Shown here piece by piece: positions 27,774 through 38,793 of a DNA stretch of 64,000 nt. The stretch covers positions 1,744 to 65,743 of the forward strand of contig JAIDTI010000089.1 of assembly GCA_029060755.1 (NCBI GenBank). Direction: 5' to 3'. The notes beneath the pieces were generated by a model. That model worked only from the letters and a program-made list of their open reading frames with translations, made no database searches and was not told the DNA's origin. Source of the DNA: Ruminococcus sp. GTDB taxonomy: Bacteria; Bacillota; Clostridia; Oscillospirales; Ruminococcaceae. Position 1 is the first letter of the stretch. Each line of letters begins with the position of its first letter. The position numbers were made by a program, and so were the translations under genes.

Positions 27774-30700
27774 ATGCACAAGAAATTTTTCAAGGCTTTT
27801 GCCGGAAGTCTTATGTCTGCTGCTATGCTCGCTACTGCTGTAACAGGTGTTGTTGCTCCTATGAGCGCATCAGCTGGTCAGGTGCTTGGTGAAACAAGCT
27901 TTGAGTATAAGGCACTTCCTTGGCATACCTGCGAATCAAGTCCTGCAAAGCAGAACTTCGCAATTGAAGGTGAAGCAGTTCATATTTCAATCGTAAAGGC
28001 AGAAGGTGCTGATAAGGAAAAGTGGGACCTTCAGTTCAGACACAGAAACCTTAACTTTAAATCTGGTCACAAATATACAGTAAGCTTCACAGCAAAGGCA
28101 AGCAGAGCTGGTCTGGAACTTTGCTCAAAGATTGGTAATATCAAGGGTGATGAAGAATACTGCGTTGTTAACGGTAATGAGGGAACTATGCAGATGGGTC
28201 CACACATGGGCGGTCAGTGGGGTAATGCTGCTAAGCTGACTACTGAATATCAGACATATAAAGGTACATTTACTCCTACTCAAGACCTTGAGGGTGCTGA
28301 ATGGGCTTTCCATTATGCAAAGGGTACTAAGTTTGAAGGTAACGCTCAGGACGGCGACGAAATCTGGTTTGACGAGATGTCTATCGTTTGTGAAACTTGC
28401 GATGAATGTAATGCAGACCCACAGGCTTCATATGGTGCTGTAAACCGTGACTATAGTACAACTGCTGACAGCAGACTCGGTACTATCGGCGCAACTAAGA
28501 ATTTTATTTCTGTAAACCAGATTGGTTATTATACAAATCTTAAAAAGATTGCAACTCTCGGTGACAACGCTGGTGATATTCTTCACGGTGCTACAAAAAT
28601 AAGTCTCAGCGGTTCTTATGACTTCGAGCTTATTGATGTAAGTTCTGGAACTGCTGTATACACAGGCAAGACTTCAGAAGTTAAGGCTGATAAGGATTCT
28701 GCTGATAATATTTGTACACTTGACTTTTCCGAATACAATAAACCCGGCAGATACTATCTCCAGATAAAAGGACAGGACTGGAGGTCATTCGAGTTTTATA
28801 TCGGTGACAATATTTACTACGATGAGTCGCACAACCTCCTTACAAATGCAATGAACTACTTCTATCAGAACCGTTCAGGTGTTGATATTGAAGATAAATA
28901 CTGTACATCAGGCGGTTCAGACGGCAAGGGTACAGGAATGGGACATAAAGGCGGTCACGCAACTGATACAGCTACAATTCAGAAAATCTGGAAGAATGAA
29001 TATGCTTCTAAGGAAGAGGCTACTTCAACATACAAGTCAGGTACTCTTACTGCAAGCGGCGGCTGGTACGATGCCGGTGACCACGGTAAATACGTTGTAA
29101 ACGGCGGTATCTCTGTTTGGACACTCCAGAATATGTATGAAAGAGCAATTCTCCAGGACGGCTATGACAAGAAGTTTGACGATAATTCAGGCGTTGTTGT
29201 AATTCCAGAAGCTGGAAACAAAGTTCCTGATGTTCTTGATGAAGCTGCTGTAGAACTTGACTGGATTGCACAGATGAAAGTTGTTTCAAGCGACACTGCA
29301 TGGGGCAAATATGATGGTCTTTACTATCACAAACTTCACGACCACAAATGGACAGGTCTTGCTACAAGACCTTGGGACTACGAGTCAGAATGGGAAACAG
29401 TTCGTATCGTAAAGCCTCCAACGCTCGCTGCTACACTTAACTATGCTGCTTGTGCTGCACAGGCTGCAAGACTTTGGGAGCCTTATGACTCTGCAAAGGC
29501 AAAGACATATCTTGAAAGTGCTAAGGAAGCATTTGCTGCATATGAAAAGCACTGGTATGCTTATGACGACACTGATACTACTCACCCAGAGCTTAATTGC
29601 CCTTGTAAAAAGGAAGAACTTAACGAAAATTCACTCTATGCTCCAATGTGGCACGCAAAGGGCGGCGGACCTTACGGTGATGACAACGTTCTTGACGATG
29701 CTTACTGGGCAGCTTGTGAAATCTTCGTATCTGCTTCACAGATGGGCGATTCTGATGCTGCAACATATAAGAGCAAGATTGACGACCCTAAATACTCTGA
29801 ATATGCTTACAAGGTAGGCACAAGAATGATTGGTGGCGAAAACAAGGGCAGTGGTTCATTTACATCATTCAACTGGGGCAATACTGCTTCTGCTGGTTCA
29901 CTTACACTTGCTCTTCATAGCGACCTTCTCTCTGAAAGCGAAAACAGCGAAATATTAAAAAGCGTTAAGGCTGCTGCTGATGCATATATTGAGTGCGAAG
30001 GTGAACAGGGCTACGGTATTCCATACAAGTATGACGGTCCTGACTACAATGACCCGAACAACCTTGACCCGAAGATTATGATTAACGGCTATGAGTGGGG
30101 TTCAAACTCAATGGTTATCAATAACTGTATCGTTATGGCTTATGCTTATGATTTGACAAAGGATATTAACTACATGAACGGTGTTGCTACAGGTCTTGAC
30201 TACCTCTTCGGACGTAACCCGCTTTCATACTCATTTGTTACAGGTTACGGCACATATAAGGAACACAATCCACACCACAGATATTGGTCTTATGAACTTG
30301 ACAAGACATTGCCTATGGCTCCTGACGGTATTCTTTCAGGTGGTCCTAACGCAGGTCTTCAGGACCCATATGTACGTGCTTTAGGATTTGTTCCTGGCAA
30401 AACAACAAACCCATCACAGAGATGCTTTGTTGACTCAATCGAAGCATGGTCTACAAACGAAGTTACAATCAACTGGAATGCTCCTCTTGCTTGGATTGCT
30501 TCATTCATGCAGGACGAAGCTGCAAAAGCTGATCCGAACGGTCAAGGACAGCAGGGAACAACAAAGCCAACTACTGGTACTACATCTGGCTCAGACAAGA
30601 CTCTCTGGGGCGATGCTAACTGCGACGGTGAAGTAAATATCGCTGATGCTACAGCTATTGTTCAGGCTCTCGGCAATAAGGATAAGTATGCACTTGAAGA

Positions 30701-30848
30701 ACAGGGTGCTATCAATGCTGACATTGTTGACAACGGCGGCGGTGTAACAGGTATCGATGCTCTTGCACTTAGCCTTATGGAAGCAGGCAGAGTAACACAG
30801 CCAGAGTTCCCACTTACTCTTGAAAAGTTCAACTCAATCAGTGGCTGA
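27774..30848 (+). CDS. Cellulosomal cellulase: CBM4 - Ig - GH9 - Thr linker - dockerin (CbhA/CelK-type architecture)
   Basis: Signal peptide, CBM4-like WDLQFRH and WFDEMS, Ig VNQIGY, GGWYDAGDHGKY, HNPHHR, NEVTINWNAPL; dockerin GDANCDG from 30609. Confidence 0.93.
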   Translation: MHKKFFKAFAGSLMSAAMLATAVTGVVAPMSASAGQVLGETSFEYKALPWHTCESSPAKQNFAIEGEAVHISIVKAEGADKEKWDLQFRHRNLNFKSGHKYTVSFTAKASRAGLELCSKIGNIKGDEEYCVVNGNEGTMQMGPHMGGQWGNAAKLTTEYQTYKGTFTPTQDLEGAEWAFHYAKGTKFEGNAQDGDEIWFDEMSIVCETCDECNADPQASYGAVNRDYSTTADSRLGTIGATKNFISVNQIGYYTNLKKIATLGDNAGDILHGATKISLSGSYDFELIDVSSGTAVYTGKTSEVKADKDSADNICTLDFSEYNKPGRYYLQIKGQDWRSFEFYIGDNIYYDESHNLLTNAMNYFYQNRSGVDIEDKYCTSGGSDGKGTGMGHKGGHATDTATIQKIWKNEYASKEEATSTYKSGTLTASGGWYDAGDHGKYVVNGGISVWTLQNMYERAILQDGYDKKFDDNSGVVVIPEAGNKVPDVLDEAAVELDWIAQMKVVSSDTAWGKYDGLYYHKLHDHKWTGLATRPWDYESEWETVRIVKPPTLAATLNYAACAAQAARLWEPYDSAKAKTYLESAKEAFAAYEKHWYAYDDTDTTHPELNCPCKKEELNENSLYAPMWHAKGGGPYGDDNVLDDAYWAACEIFVSASQMGDSDAATYKSKIDDPKYSEYAYKVGTRMIGGENKGSGSFTSFNWGNTASAGSLTLALHSDLLSESENSEILKSVKAAADAYIECEGEQGYGIPYKYDGPDYNDPNNLDPKIMINGYEWGSNSMVINNCIVMAYAYDLTKDINYMNGVATGLDYLFGRNPLSYSFVTGYGTYKEHNPHHRYWSYELDKTLPMAPDGILSGGPNAGLQDPYVRALGFVPGKTTNPSQRCFVDSIEAWSTNEVTINWNAPLAWIASFMQDEAAKADPNGQGQQGTTKPTTGTTSGSDKTLWGDANCDGEVNIADATAIVQALGNKDKYALEEQGAINADIVDNGGGVTGIDALALSLMEAGRVTQPEFPLTLEKFNSISG

Positions 30849-30881
30849 TTAATTAACTAAATTTTGCTCATACGATTTTTT

Positions 30882-30907
30882 AAAGGGGACACTTCTGTGT
30901 CCTCTTT
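30882..30907 (+). terminator. Intrinsic terminator after the CBM4-GH9 gene
   Basis: AAAGGGGACAC-TTCT-GTGTCCTCTTT then TATTTT. Confidence 0.85.
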
Positions 30908-30924
30908 TATTTTCCAAAAAAGGC

Positions 30925-30953
30925 TTGCATTTTGTTTGAAATCGTGATATAAT
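30925..30953 (+). promoter_or_regulatory. Sigma-A promoter of the yloC...thiN cluster
   Basis: TTGCAT-N17-TATAAT with TG extended -10. Confidence 0.7.
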
Positions 30954-30997
30954 ATAATAGTGTAGTTACGCAAAAAATAATGAAAGAGGGCGGTTAA

Positions 30998-31876
30998 GTG
31001 CTGAAAAGCATGACGGGCTATGGTCGTACACAAAAAATTCTTAACGGACGTGATATTCTGGTTGAAATCCGTTCTGTAAATCATAGATATTATGAGTATT
31101 CGTCAAGAATCCCACGAACTTATAATTATATTGATGAAAAACTGAAAGTTCTTTTAAAACAGAAGATTTCACGTGGAAAAGTTGATGTCAATGTGAGCAT
31201 CAATAATATTGAGGGCAGAGATACCGCAATCGCTATTAATAAAGGTGTTGCGGAGGGATATGTAAACGCATTGAGAAGTGTTTCAGCGGAACTTAATCTT
31301 AAAGACGATATTACACTTTCAAAGCTGATTAAACTTCCCGATATTTTCAATGTTCAGAAAGCACCTGATGATGAAGAACAGGTCTGGAATGATGTTGCAG
31401 AAGTTGCAACAGAAGCAATTGAAAAATTCGTGGAAATGCGTGAAAAAGAGGGTGTAAAGCTTTATAATGATGTTCTTGAAAAAACATCTCTTATTCTTGA
31501 AATGGTTGGTAAAGTGGAGGAGCTTTCACCGATAACTACTGAAAATTACAGAAACCGACTTTATCAAAAACTGAATGAAATTCTCAATGGCAAAGATTTT
31601 GACCAGCAGAGAATCATTACAGAAGCAGCTGTTTTTGCTGAAAAAATTGCTGTTGATGAAGAAACTGTCCGTCTCAGAAGTCATATTTCTCAGCTTGTTG
31701 ATTTGCTTGAATCGGGTGACACTATAGGCAGAAAGCTTGATTTTATAGTGCAGGAGATGAACAGGGAAGTAAATACAATCGGCTCAAAGGCTCAGGATTT
31801 GAATATAACAAAGCTTGTTGTTGATATGAAAGCAGAACTTGAGAAAATCCGTGAGCAGATTCAGAATATAGAGTAA
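30998..31876 (+). CDS. yloC: YicC/YloC-family endoribonuclease
   Basis: [35 protein letters not shown] and EQIQNIE motifs. Confidence 0.95.
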   Translation: MLKSMTGYGRTQKILNGRDILVEIRSVNHRYYEYSSRIPRTYNYIDEKLKVLLKQKISRGKVDVNVSINNIEGRDTAIAINKGVAEGYVNALRSVSAELNLKDDITLSKLIKLPDIFNVQKAPDDEEQVWNDVAEVATEAIEKFVEMREKEGVKLYNDVLEKTSLILEMVGKVEELSPITTENYRNRLYQKLNEILNGKDFDQQRIITEAAVFAEKIAVDEETVRLRSHISQLVDLLESGDTIGRKLDFIVQEMNREVNTIGSKAQDLNITKLVVDMKAELEKIREQIQNIE

Positions 31877-31883
31877 AAAAGCT

Positions 31884-32138
31884 ATGAGAATGATTAACAT
31901 AGGATACGGAAATATGATTTCCGCATCAAGAATTATCACTATTGTAAGTCCCGATTCCGCCCCGATAAAACGACTTATTCAGGAGGCAAAGGACGGCGGA
32001 AAGGCTATAGATGCTACCTATGGAAGAAAAACAAGAGCTGTGATAATCATGGACAGCGGTCATATTATACTTTCGTCGATTGTTACAGAAACTCTTGCAT
32101 CAAGAATAAATGGAACAGGAAGTGAAGAAGATGAATAA
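31884..32138 (+). CDS. remA: RemA (DUF370) regulator
   Basis: [16 protein letters not shown] and [11 protein letters not shown] motifs. Confidence 0.93.
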   Translation: MRMINIGYGNMISASRIITIVSPDSAPIKRLIQEAKDGGKAIDATYGRKTRAVIIMDSGHIILSSIVTETLASRINGTGSEEDE

Positions 32139-32697
32139 AGGCAGACTGATTGTTTTTTCTGCTCCATCAGGTTGCGGAAAAGGTACAATGCTTTCTGAAA
32201 TTCTCAAAGATGAACGCTTCTGCTGTTCAGTTTCAGCTACAACACGCAAACCACGTGATGGCGAAATTGACGGTGTGAATTATTATTTCCTTGAAAAAGA
32301 GGACTTTGAACAGAGAATAACAGACAGCAAGTTTCTTGAATATGCCTGTTACTGCGATAATTATTACGGCACGCTTATTTCTGAAGTTGATGACAGAATA
32401 AATGCGGGAAAAAATGTAATACTTGAAATTGAGGTTCAGGGAGCTATGAAAATCCGTGAAATCAGACCTGATGCACTGTTTATTTTCATTGCACCGCCGT
32501 CTGTTCAGGAACTCCGCAGACGTTTGCATAAGCGTGGCACTGAATCAGATGAAGTCATTGAAAAGCGTGTGGCAGAGGCAGAAAAAGAGCTTTCTTTTTC
32601 GTCAAAATATGATTATGTTATTGTTAATGATGCCCTTGAAGATGCGATAAGTGATTTTTTTGCTGTAATCCGTGCAGAAGAACTTAAAGTATCATAA
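32131..32697 (+). CDS. gmk: Guanylate kinase
   Basis: [24 protein letters not shown] and EIEVQGA motifs. Confidence 0.96.
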   Translation: MNKGRLIVFSAPSGCGKGTMLSEILKDERFCCSVSATTRKPRDGEIDGVNYYFLEKEDFEQRITDSKFLEYACYCDNYYGTLISEVDDRINAGKNVILEIEVQGAMKIREIRPDALFIFIAPPSVQELRRRLHKRGTESDEVIEKRVAEAEKELSFSSKYDYVIVNDALEDAISDFFAVIRAEELKVS

Positions 32698-32727
32698 AAG
32701 GTAAATTTATATATGAGGTGATTGCAA

Positions 32728-32931
32728 ATGCTTAGACCAGCAGTAAATCAGATTATTTCAAAGAATGAGAGTTGTTATTCTCTTGTAATTGCTGTTGCAA
32801 AACGTGCAAGAGAGATTTCAGACGAACTTTATGAGAAAAAAGAAACTTTAGAGGAAAAGCCCGTTAAAACGGCTGTTGAAGAACTTGCAAGCGGTAAGTG
32901 CAAAATGGTAAGCACTTTGGGCGAGGATTAA
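32728..32931 (+). CDS. rpoZ: RNA polymerase omega subunit
   Basis: YSLVIAVAKRAREI and KPVKTAVEE motifs; follows gmk; GAGGTG RBS. Confidence 0.9.
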   Translation: MLRPAVNQIISKNESCYSLVIAVAKRAREISDELYEKKETLEEKPVKTAVEELASGKCKMVSTLGED

Positions 32932-32932
32932 T

Positions 32933-35377
32933 ATGCCTTTGATTGCAGAAGTTGCTGTAAGCGGAACGGCATATTCATTTGATATGCTGTTCAGCTATAA
33001 AATTCCTGAAAAATTCAGTCTGAAAGAGGGCTGTAGGGTGCTTGTACCATTTGGCAGGGGTAATAAACGCAAAACAGGTATTGTCATGAGACTGACTGAA
33101 AACGAGTCGGCATCTTTAAAATCAATAGTTGCACAGATTGACAATGAGCCTGTTATTTCAGCGGAACTTCTTGCTTTAGCGGAATATCTGCACGAATATA
33201 CATTCTGTACATATTTTGATGCTGTAAAAGTTATGTTGCCCCCTGCAATGAGTATTCATGCAAAGGAACATTTTTTCATTTCAAAGTCATTTCAGAATTT
33301 TTCGGAATTGTCAGCAGAGTCAGCAGAACTTCTGGAAAATCTGCAATCATTTGAAACTGATAGCTTGCTGACAGAATTTATTGATAATTATATTTCTGCA
33401 AAGGGCAGACGTTTTGTTGATGAACTTCTTGACGCTGATGCACTGAAATCAACTAATGATTTCAGGCAGGTTGTCGGTGATGCCTCTATGAAAATGGTTT
33501 GTCTTAGCAATGACTATATTAATGATTCAGATAAGTTTTCACTTACTCCAAAACAGAAACAGGCAGTAGATTTTCTGAAAGAATATGGCTCATCTCCGAT
33601 TCGTGAAGTTGCCTATATGTGCGGATTTACAGAATCAGTTATAAAGCGACTTGTTGCAGTCGGAGCAGTTGAAGAATATGAAAAAGAAATCTTACGCTCT
33701 GTAGGAAGTATGCCGGAAAAAATTGTTGATATAAATGAAACTGTACTTACAGATGAACAGCAGTCGGCACATGACAAAATTTTTGCGAATGTTGTCAATA
33801 ATAAGCCCTCTGTATTTCTTCTGCATGGAGTTACAGGAAGTGGCAAAACATCAGTTTTTGAAAAGCTGATTTATAATACAATAAATCTTGGCAGAAAAGT
33901 TATAATGCTTGTACCTGAAATAAGCCTTACTCCGCAGATGCTGAACAGATTCAGGTCACTTTTCGGGGAAAAAGTAGCTGTAATTCACAGCGGACTTTCT
34001 CTTGGACAGCGACTTGACGAGTATAAAAGAATCAAACGTGGAGAAGCTGATATTGTAATAGGAACAAGGAGTGCGATTTTTGCACCGCTTGAAAATATCG
34101 GGCTTATTATTCTTGACGAGGAGGGCGAACGCACCTATAAATCGGAAATTTCGCCACGCTATCTTGCTCATGATGTTGCAAAGAGAAGATGTGCATATAA
34201 TAAAAGTGTACTTCTGCTTGCATCTGCCACTCCGTCAATTGAAAGCTATTATCTTGCTGAAAAAAAGTTGTATAATCTTGTTGAGATAAAAAAACGCTAT
34301 GGCTTAGGTGAATTGCCCGAAGTTTCCGTTGTTGATATGAATGATGAGAGAGATTCAGGAAATCTTTCGCAGTTCAGCAGAAAATTAGTAAATGAAATTA
34401 ACTGTAATCTGCAACAGGGTGAACAGAGTATTCTGTTCCTTAACAGACGTGGCTTTCACACAATAGTCAGTTGTTGTAGTTGTAGAAAAGCTGTATATTG
34501 TCCGAACTGTTCAGTACCGCTGACATTTCACAAGAAAAATCAGAAAGTGATGTGTCACTATTGCGGATTTGCAACAGACTTTCCGAAAAAATGTCCGAAC
34601 TGCAATTCTGATAAGATAAAAAGTATGGGATTCGGTACGCAGAAACTGGAAGAAGAACTTCAGCAACATTTCCCGACTGCAAAAATTCTCCGCATGGATT
34701 CTGATAATATTTTTTCACGTGATTCATACGAGAAAAATTTTACAGCATTTAAAAACGGTGAATACGATATAATGATTGGTACTCAAATGATTGGCAAAGG
34801 ACTTGACTTTCCCAATGTTACTCTTGTCGGAGTGCTTTCCATAGATGCGTCACTTTATGCAGGAGATTTCCGAAGCTATGAACGTACTTTTTCACTTATT
34901 ACGCAGGTAGTCGGAAGAAGTGGCAGAGGTGAACTAAAGGGCAGGGCAGTTTTGCAGACATTTATCCCTGACCATTATGTAATGGTACTTGCATCTGAAC
35001 AGAATTACAAAGGTTTCTACAATGAAGAAATTGCAATAAGGAGAGCATTAATTTACCCTCCTGTCTGTGATATGTGTGTATTCTGTATTGCAGGTGAGGA
35101 CGAGGAAAAAACAAGAAACGGTGCAAATCTGGTTATAAATCTTATGAATCACCGTTTAAGAGAAATTCAGCCGAAAAGCCCTGTACGTGTTCTTGGACCT
35201 GTAAGAGCATCATACAGTAAACTTAACGGAAAATATCGCTGGAGAATAATTCTCAAATGCAAAAATAATGCAGAAATGAGAGGATTTATAAGTGATATTA
35301 TAAAAGAAAGTTCAAAATTGAAAGATATGAAAAAAATCGCCCTTTATGCTGATATAAACGGCGATATTGGCATATAA
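32933..35377 (+). CDS. priA: Primosomal protein N'
   Basis: GVTGSGKT, LVPEISLT, ILDEE, two CxxC pairs and GTQMIGKGLDFP motifs. Confidence 0.96.
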   Translation: MPLIAEVAVSGTAYSFDMLFSYKIPEKFSLKEGCRVLVPFGRGNKRKTGIVMRLTENESASLKSIVAQIDNEPVISAELLALAEYLHEYTFCTYFDAVKVMLPPAMSIHAKEHFFISKSFQNFSELSAESAELLENLQSFETDSLLTEFIDNYISAKGRRFVDELLDADALKSTNDFRQVVGDASMKMVCLSNDYINDSDKFSLTPKQKQAVDFLKEYGSSPIREVAYMCGFTESVIKRLVAVGAVEEYEKEILRSVGSMPEKIVDINETVLTDEQQSAHDKIFANVVNNKPSVFLLHGVTGSGKTSVFEKLIYNTINLGRKVIMLVPEISLTPQMLNRFRSLFGEKVAVIHSGLSLGQRLDEYKRIKRGEADIVIGTRSAIFAPLENIGLIILDEEGERTYKSEISPRYLAHDVAKRRCAYNKSVLLLASATPSIESYYLAEKKLYNLVEIKKRYGLGELPEVSVVDMNDERDSGNLSQFSRKLVNEINCNLQQGEQSILFLNRRGFHTIVSCCSCRKAVYCPNCSVPLTFHKKNQKVMCHYCGFATDFPKKCPNCNSDKIKSMGFGTQKLEEELQQHFPTAKILRMDSDNIFSRDSYEKNFTAFKNGEYDIMIGTQMIGKGLDFPNVTLVGVLSIDASLYAGDFRSYERTFSLITQVVGRSGRGELKGRAVLQTFIPDHYVMVLASEQNYKGFYNEEIAIRRALIYPPVCDMCVFCIAGEDEEKTRNGANLVINLMNHRLREIQPKSPVRVLGPVRASYSKLNGKYRWRIILKCKNNAEMRGFISDIIKESSKLKDMKKIALYADINGDIGI

Positions 35378-35403
35378 CTTAATAGTAAAAGGATAAATTA
35401 ATT

Positions 35404-35865
35404 ATGGCACTTAGAAAAATTTTAAATGATAAAGACGAAATGCTTCATAAGGTTTGCAAGCCTGTTGAAAAATTTGACAAAAAACTTGCTGTACTTTTAG
35501 ATGATATGCACGAAACTCTTGACAAGGCGCAGGGTGTAGGACTTGCCGCACCACAGATTGGAATTTGCAGAAGAATTTTTATAATGCACCTTGATGAAGG
35601 AAATATTGAGGCTGTAAATCCTGAAATCATACTGAAAGAGGGGAAACAGCGTGTGCAGGAAGGCTGTCTCTCATGCCCTAATGTATGGGGATATGTTACA
35701 AGACCTATGAAAGTCCGTTTGAAAGCGCAAGACAGAAACGGCAACTGGTTTGAAAAGGATTTTACAGAACTTGCCGCACAATGCACAAGTCACGAAAATG
35801 ACCACCTTGACGGTCATGTCTTTACTGAATTTGTTGAGGAATTTTTTGTACCTGAGGAGGAATGA
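35404..35865 (+). CDS. def: Peptide deformylase
   Basis: GVGLAAPQIG, EGCLS and HENDH motifs. Confidence 0.96.
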   Translation: MALRKILNDKDEMLHKVCKPVEKFDKKLAVLLDDMHETLDKAQGVGLAAPQIGICRRIFIMHLDEGNIEAVNPEIILKEGKQRVQEGCLSCPNVWGYVTRPMKVRLKAQDRNGNWFEKDFTELAAQCTSHENDHLDGHVFTEFVEEFFVPEEE

Positions 35866-36791
35866 TTTTGAAAATAGTTTTTATGGGAACTCCTGATTTT
35901 GCCGTGCCGTGTCTGAAAAAGCTTGCAGAAAGTGTTCACGACGTTTCAGCAGTATTCACTCAACCCGACAAGCCAAAAGGTAGAGGGTATAAGATGATTC
36001 CGACACCTGTCAAATCAACGGCACTTGAATATAATATTCCTGTATATCAGCCGTTGTCACTTAGAAAAGGTGAGGACGCTGAAAATTCAATGAAAATTCT
36101 GCAAGATATTGCTCCCGACCTTATTGTCGTTACAGCGTATGGACAGATTCTGCCAAAAGAAGTTCTTGATTTACCAAAATATGGATGTATCAATATTCAC
36201 GCATCACTTTTGCCGAAGTACAGAGGAGCTGCTCCGATAAACTGGGTTTTGCTGAATGGCGAAAAGGAAACAGGCGTGACTTCCATGCAGATGAGTGAGG
36301 GACTTGATACAGGCGATATGCTTATAAAGAAAGCTGTACAGATTGGTGAAAATGAGACGTATTCTGAATTATACAGCAGACTTTCTGAAATCGGCGGAGA
36401 TGTTCTCATGGAAACTATTGTAGGAATTGAGAATAATTCGCTTAATCCCGAAAAACAGGACGATTCACAAAGCTGTTATTCGCCTATGATTAGAAAAGAA
36501 ATGAGCAGGCTTGATTTTACAAAGTCAGCGGAGGAAGTTCATAATATAATCAGAGGTGTAACAGGATTTACAACAATGGGTGGAAAAAGACTTAAAGTAT
36601 TTTCCTCTGAAATTGCGGACAATATCACTCTCACTGAATCAGGCACTATAGCTGATACTGAAAAATTTGGAGTAAGTTGTAATGATAAAGTTATTATTTT
36701 TAATGAAATTCAGTTAGAGGGCGGTAAACATATGAAAACTGTTGATTTTCTCCGTGGACGAAAATTGACAAAAGGCGAAAAACTTGATTAA
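35862..36791 (+). CDS. fmt: Methionyl-tRNA formyltransferase
   Basis: VFMGTPDFA, AYGQILP and NIHASLLPKYRGAAPI motifs. Confidence 0.96.
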   Translation: MILKIVFMGTPDFAVPCLKKLAESVHDVSAVFTQPDKPKGRGYKMIPTPVKSTALEYNIPVYQPLSLRKGEDAENSMKILQDIAPDLIVVTAYGQILPKEVLDLPKYGCINIHASLLPKYRGAAPINWVLLNGEKETGVTSMQMSEGLDTGDMLIKKAVQIGENETYSELYSRLSEIGGDVLMETIVGIENNSLNPEKQDDSQSCYSPMIRKEMSRLDFTKSAEEVHNIIRGVTGFTTMGGKRLKVFSSEIADNITLTESGTIADTEKFGVSCNDKVIIFNEIQLEGGKHMKTVDFLRGRKLTKGEKLD

Positions 36792-36805
36792 AGGAGAAAT
36801 TTTTT

Positions 36806-37474
36806 ATGGAGTTGATTTTTGTTTTAATTATGATTGGACTTCCAATCATTGCACAATTAAACGTTTCAGGCACTTTCAAGAAATACAGTTCTGTAAATAA
36901 TGCACGTGGACTTACTGCGGAAAGTGTAGCAAGACAGATTCTTGACAGCAACGGCTTACAGCACATAAGAATTGAGCGTATTTCAGGCAATCTTACAGAC
37001 CATTTTTCACCAAAGGAAAATGTTATCCGTCTTTCTGATTCAGTTTACGGAAAAACATCTGTTGCTGCAATTGGTGTAGCAGCTCATGAATGTGGTCACG
37101 CTTGTCAGCATGCTGAACACTATAAGCCGATTGAGATACGTTCAGCAATAGTTCCTGCTGTAAATGTATGCTCAAAATTGTGGTATATTGTTTTTGTTAT
37201 AGGTATGATTCTCTTTGAATTGTTTCCTACTCTTATTTATATAGGTATTGCAATGTTCGGTGCTGTAGTTGTGTTTCAGCTTGTTACACTCCCGACAGAG
37301 TTCAACGCAAGTGATAGAGCATTGAAAACACTTGAAAATAACGGAATACTTGAAGTAAATGAGATTTCGCAGGCTAAAAAAGTTCTTACAGCCGCAGCAA
37401 TGACCTATGTAACAGCACTTGTTACATCTATTATGCAGCTTCTCCGACTTCTTGCAAGGGCAAACAGAAGATGA
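36806..37474 (+). CDS. YugP-like membrane zinc metallopeptidase
   Basis: LTDHFSP, AAHECGHA.QH (HExxH), LPTEFNAS and AAAMTYV motifs. Confidence 0.9.
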   Translation: MELIFVLIMIGLPIIAQLNVSGTFKKYSSVNNARGLTAESVARQILDSNGLQHIRIERISGNLTDHFSPKENVIRLSDSVYGKTSVAAIGVAAHECGHACQHAEHYKPIEIRSAIVPAVNVCSKLWYIVFVIGMILFELFPTLIYIGIAMFGAVVVFQLVTLPTEFNASDRALKTLENNGILEVNEISQAKKVLTAAAMTYVTALVTSIMQLLRLLARANRR

Positions 37475-38775
37475 CAAATCCACGTTATCTTGCGGCAAAA
37501 CTCCTTGACAAAACTTTCAGGGACGGCAGTTATTCAAATATTCAGCTTAACAGCGGACTTGAAAAATCCGACCTTGATTCACAAGGAAAAAAACTTTGTA
37601 CGGCAATTTATTATGGAGTTATTCAGCGGAAAATTACTCTTGACTATATTTTGACAAAATACTGTTCACGACCATTGGAAAAAATGGACAGTATAGTTGT
37701 AACTATATTACGATGCGGAATTTATCAGCTTTTGTTTATGGACGGTATACCCGATAATGCGGCAGTCAATGAAAGTGTGGTACTTGCAAAGCAGTTCAGA
37801 AAGACAAGTGCAAGCGGAATGGTAAATGCTGTATTGAGAAATTTCATAAGAGACGGCAAGAAATTTGAGTGCAACAGCGGAGGTATTGAGGAAATTTCAG
37901 TAAGATACTCTGCTCCTGTTCCTCTTGTTGAAAGCCTTGTCAACGATTATGATATGGATACAGCAGTGCTTTTTCTTGATTTTTCCATGCAAGATGAAGA
38001 TACTATTGATATACGCCGTAATTCGCTGAAATGTACAGATGAACAGTTAAGAAAATCGCTTGAAAAATTTGAAATAATTTCATCTGATAATTTATGCTAT
38101 GGAGTGAAGTCGGGCGATATAATAAATACAGATGCTTTTAAATCGGGATTTTTTCATGTTCAGGGCATTGCATCACAAGTATGCTGTATGGCACTGAATC
38201 CGACTGAAAATGATATTGTGCTTGATATATGTTCCGCACCTGGAGGAAAAGCTTTCACAATGGCAGAGATGATGAACGGCAAGGGTGAAATACACGCTTT
38301 TGATTTACACGAAAAGCGTGTCAGGCTTATACGTGACGGTGCGGAAAGACTTGGACTTACCAATATTACGGCAAAAACAGGTGATGCCACAAAGTTCAAT
38401 CCCGATTTGCCGGAATACACAAAAATCCTTTGTGATGTTCCATGTTCGGGACTTGGTGTAATCCGAAATAAGCCTGAAATCAAGTATAAGAATCTGTCTG
38501 ATTTTGACAGTCTGCCTGATATTCAGTACAATATTGCTGAAAACGCTTTGAAATACCTTGCTGTCGGCGGTGAGATGGTATATTCCACTTGCACAGTAAG
38601 AAAAGTGGAAAATGATGATGTTGTGCAGAGACTTCTGAAAAATCACCCTGAAATTGAACTTGCAGAAATGCCGGTAATCTGTGATATTATACACGAAAAT
38701 CCTGTTACGCTTTTTCCATTCAGATTAAAGGGAAGTGATGGATTTTTCATTGCAAAATTCAGAAAAAAATATTAA
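37471..38775 (+). CDS. rsmB: 16S rRNA m5C967 methyltransferase
   Basis: NusB-like N-terminus; LD.CSAPGGK, DVPCSG.G and YSTCT motifs. Confidence 0.95.
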   Translation: MTNPRYLAAKLLDKTFRDGSYSNIQLNSGLEKSDLDSQGKKLCTAIYYGVIQRKITLDYILTKYCSRPLEKMDSIVVTILRCGIYQLLFMDGIPDNAAVNESVVLAKQFRKTSASGMVNAVLRNFIRDGKKFECNSGGIEEISVRYSAPVPLVESLVNDYDMDTAVLFLDFSMQDEDTIDIRRNSLKCTDEQLRKSLEKFEIISSDNLCYGVKSGDIINTDAFKSGFFHVQGIASQVCCMALNPTENDIVLDICSAPGGKAFTMAEMMNGKGEIHAFDLHEKRVRLIRDGAERLGLTNITAKTGDATKFNPDLPEYTKILCDVPCSGLGVIRNKPEIKYKNLSDFDSLPDIQYNIAENALKYLAVGGEMVYSTCTVRKVENDDVVQRLLKNHPEIELAEMPVICDIIHENPVTLFPFRLKGSDGFFIAKFRKKY

Positions 38776-38793
38776 TTGAAAGAGGTGAAATCA

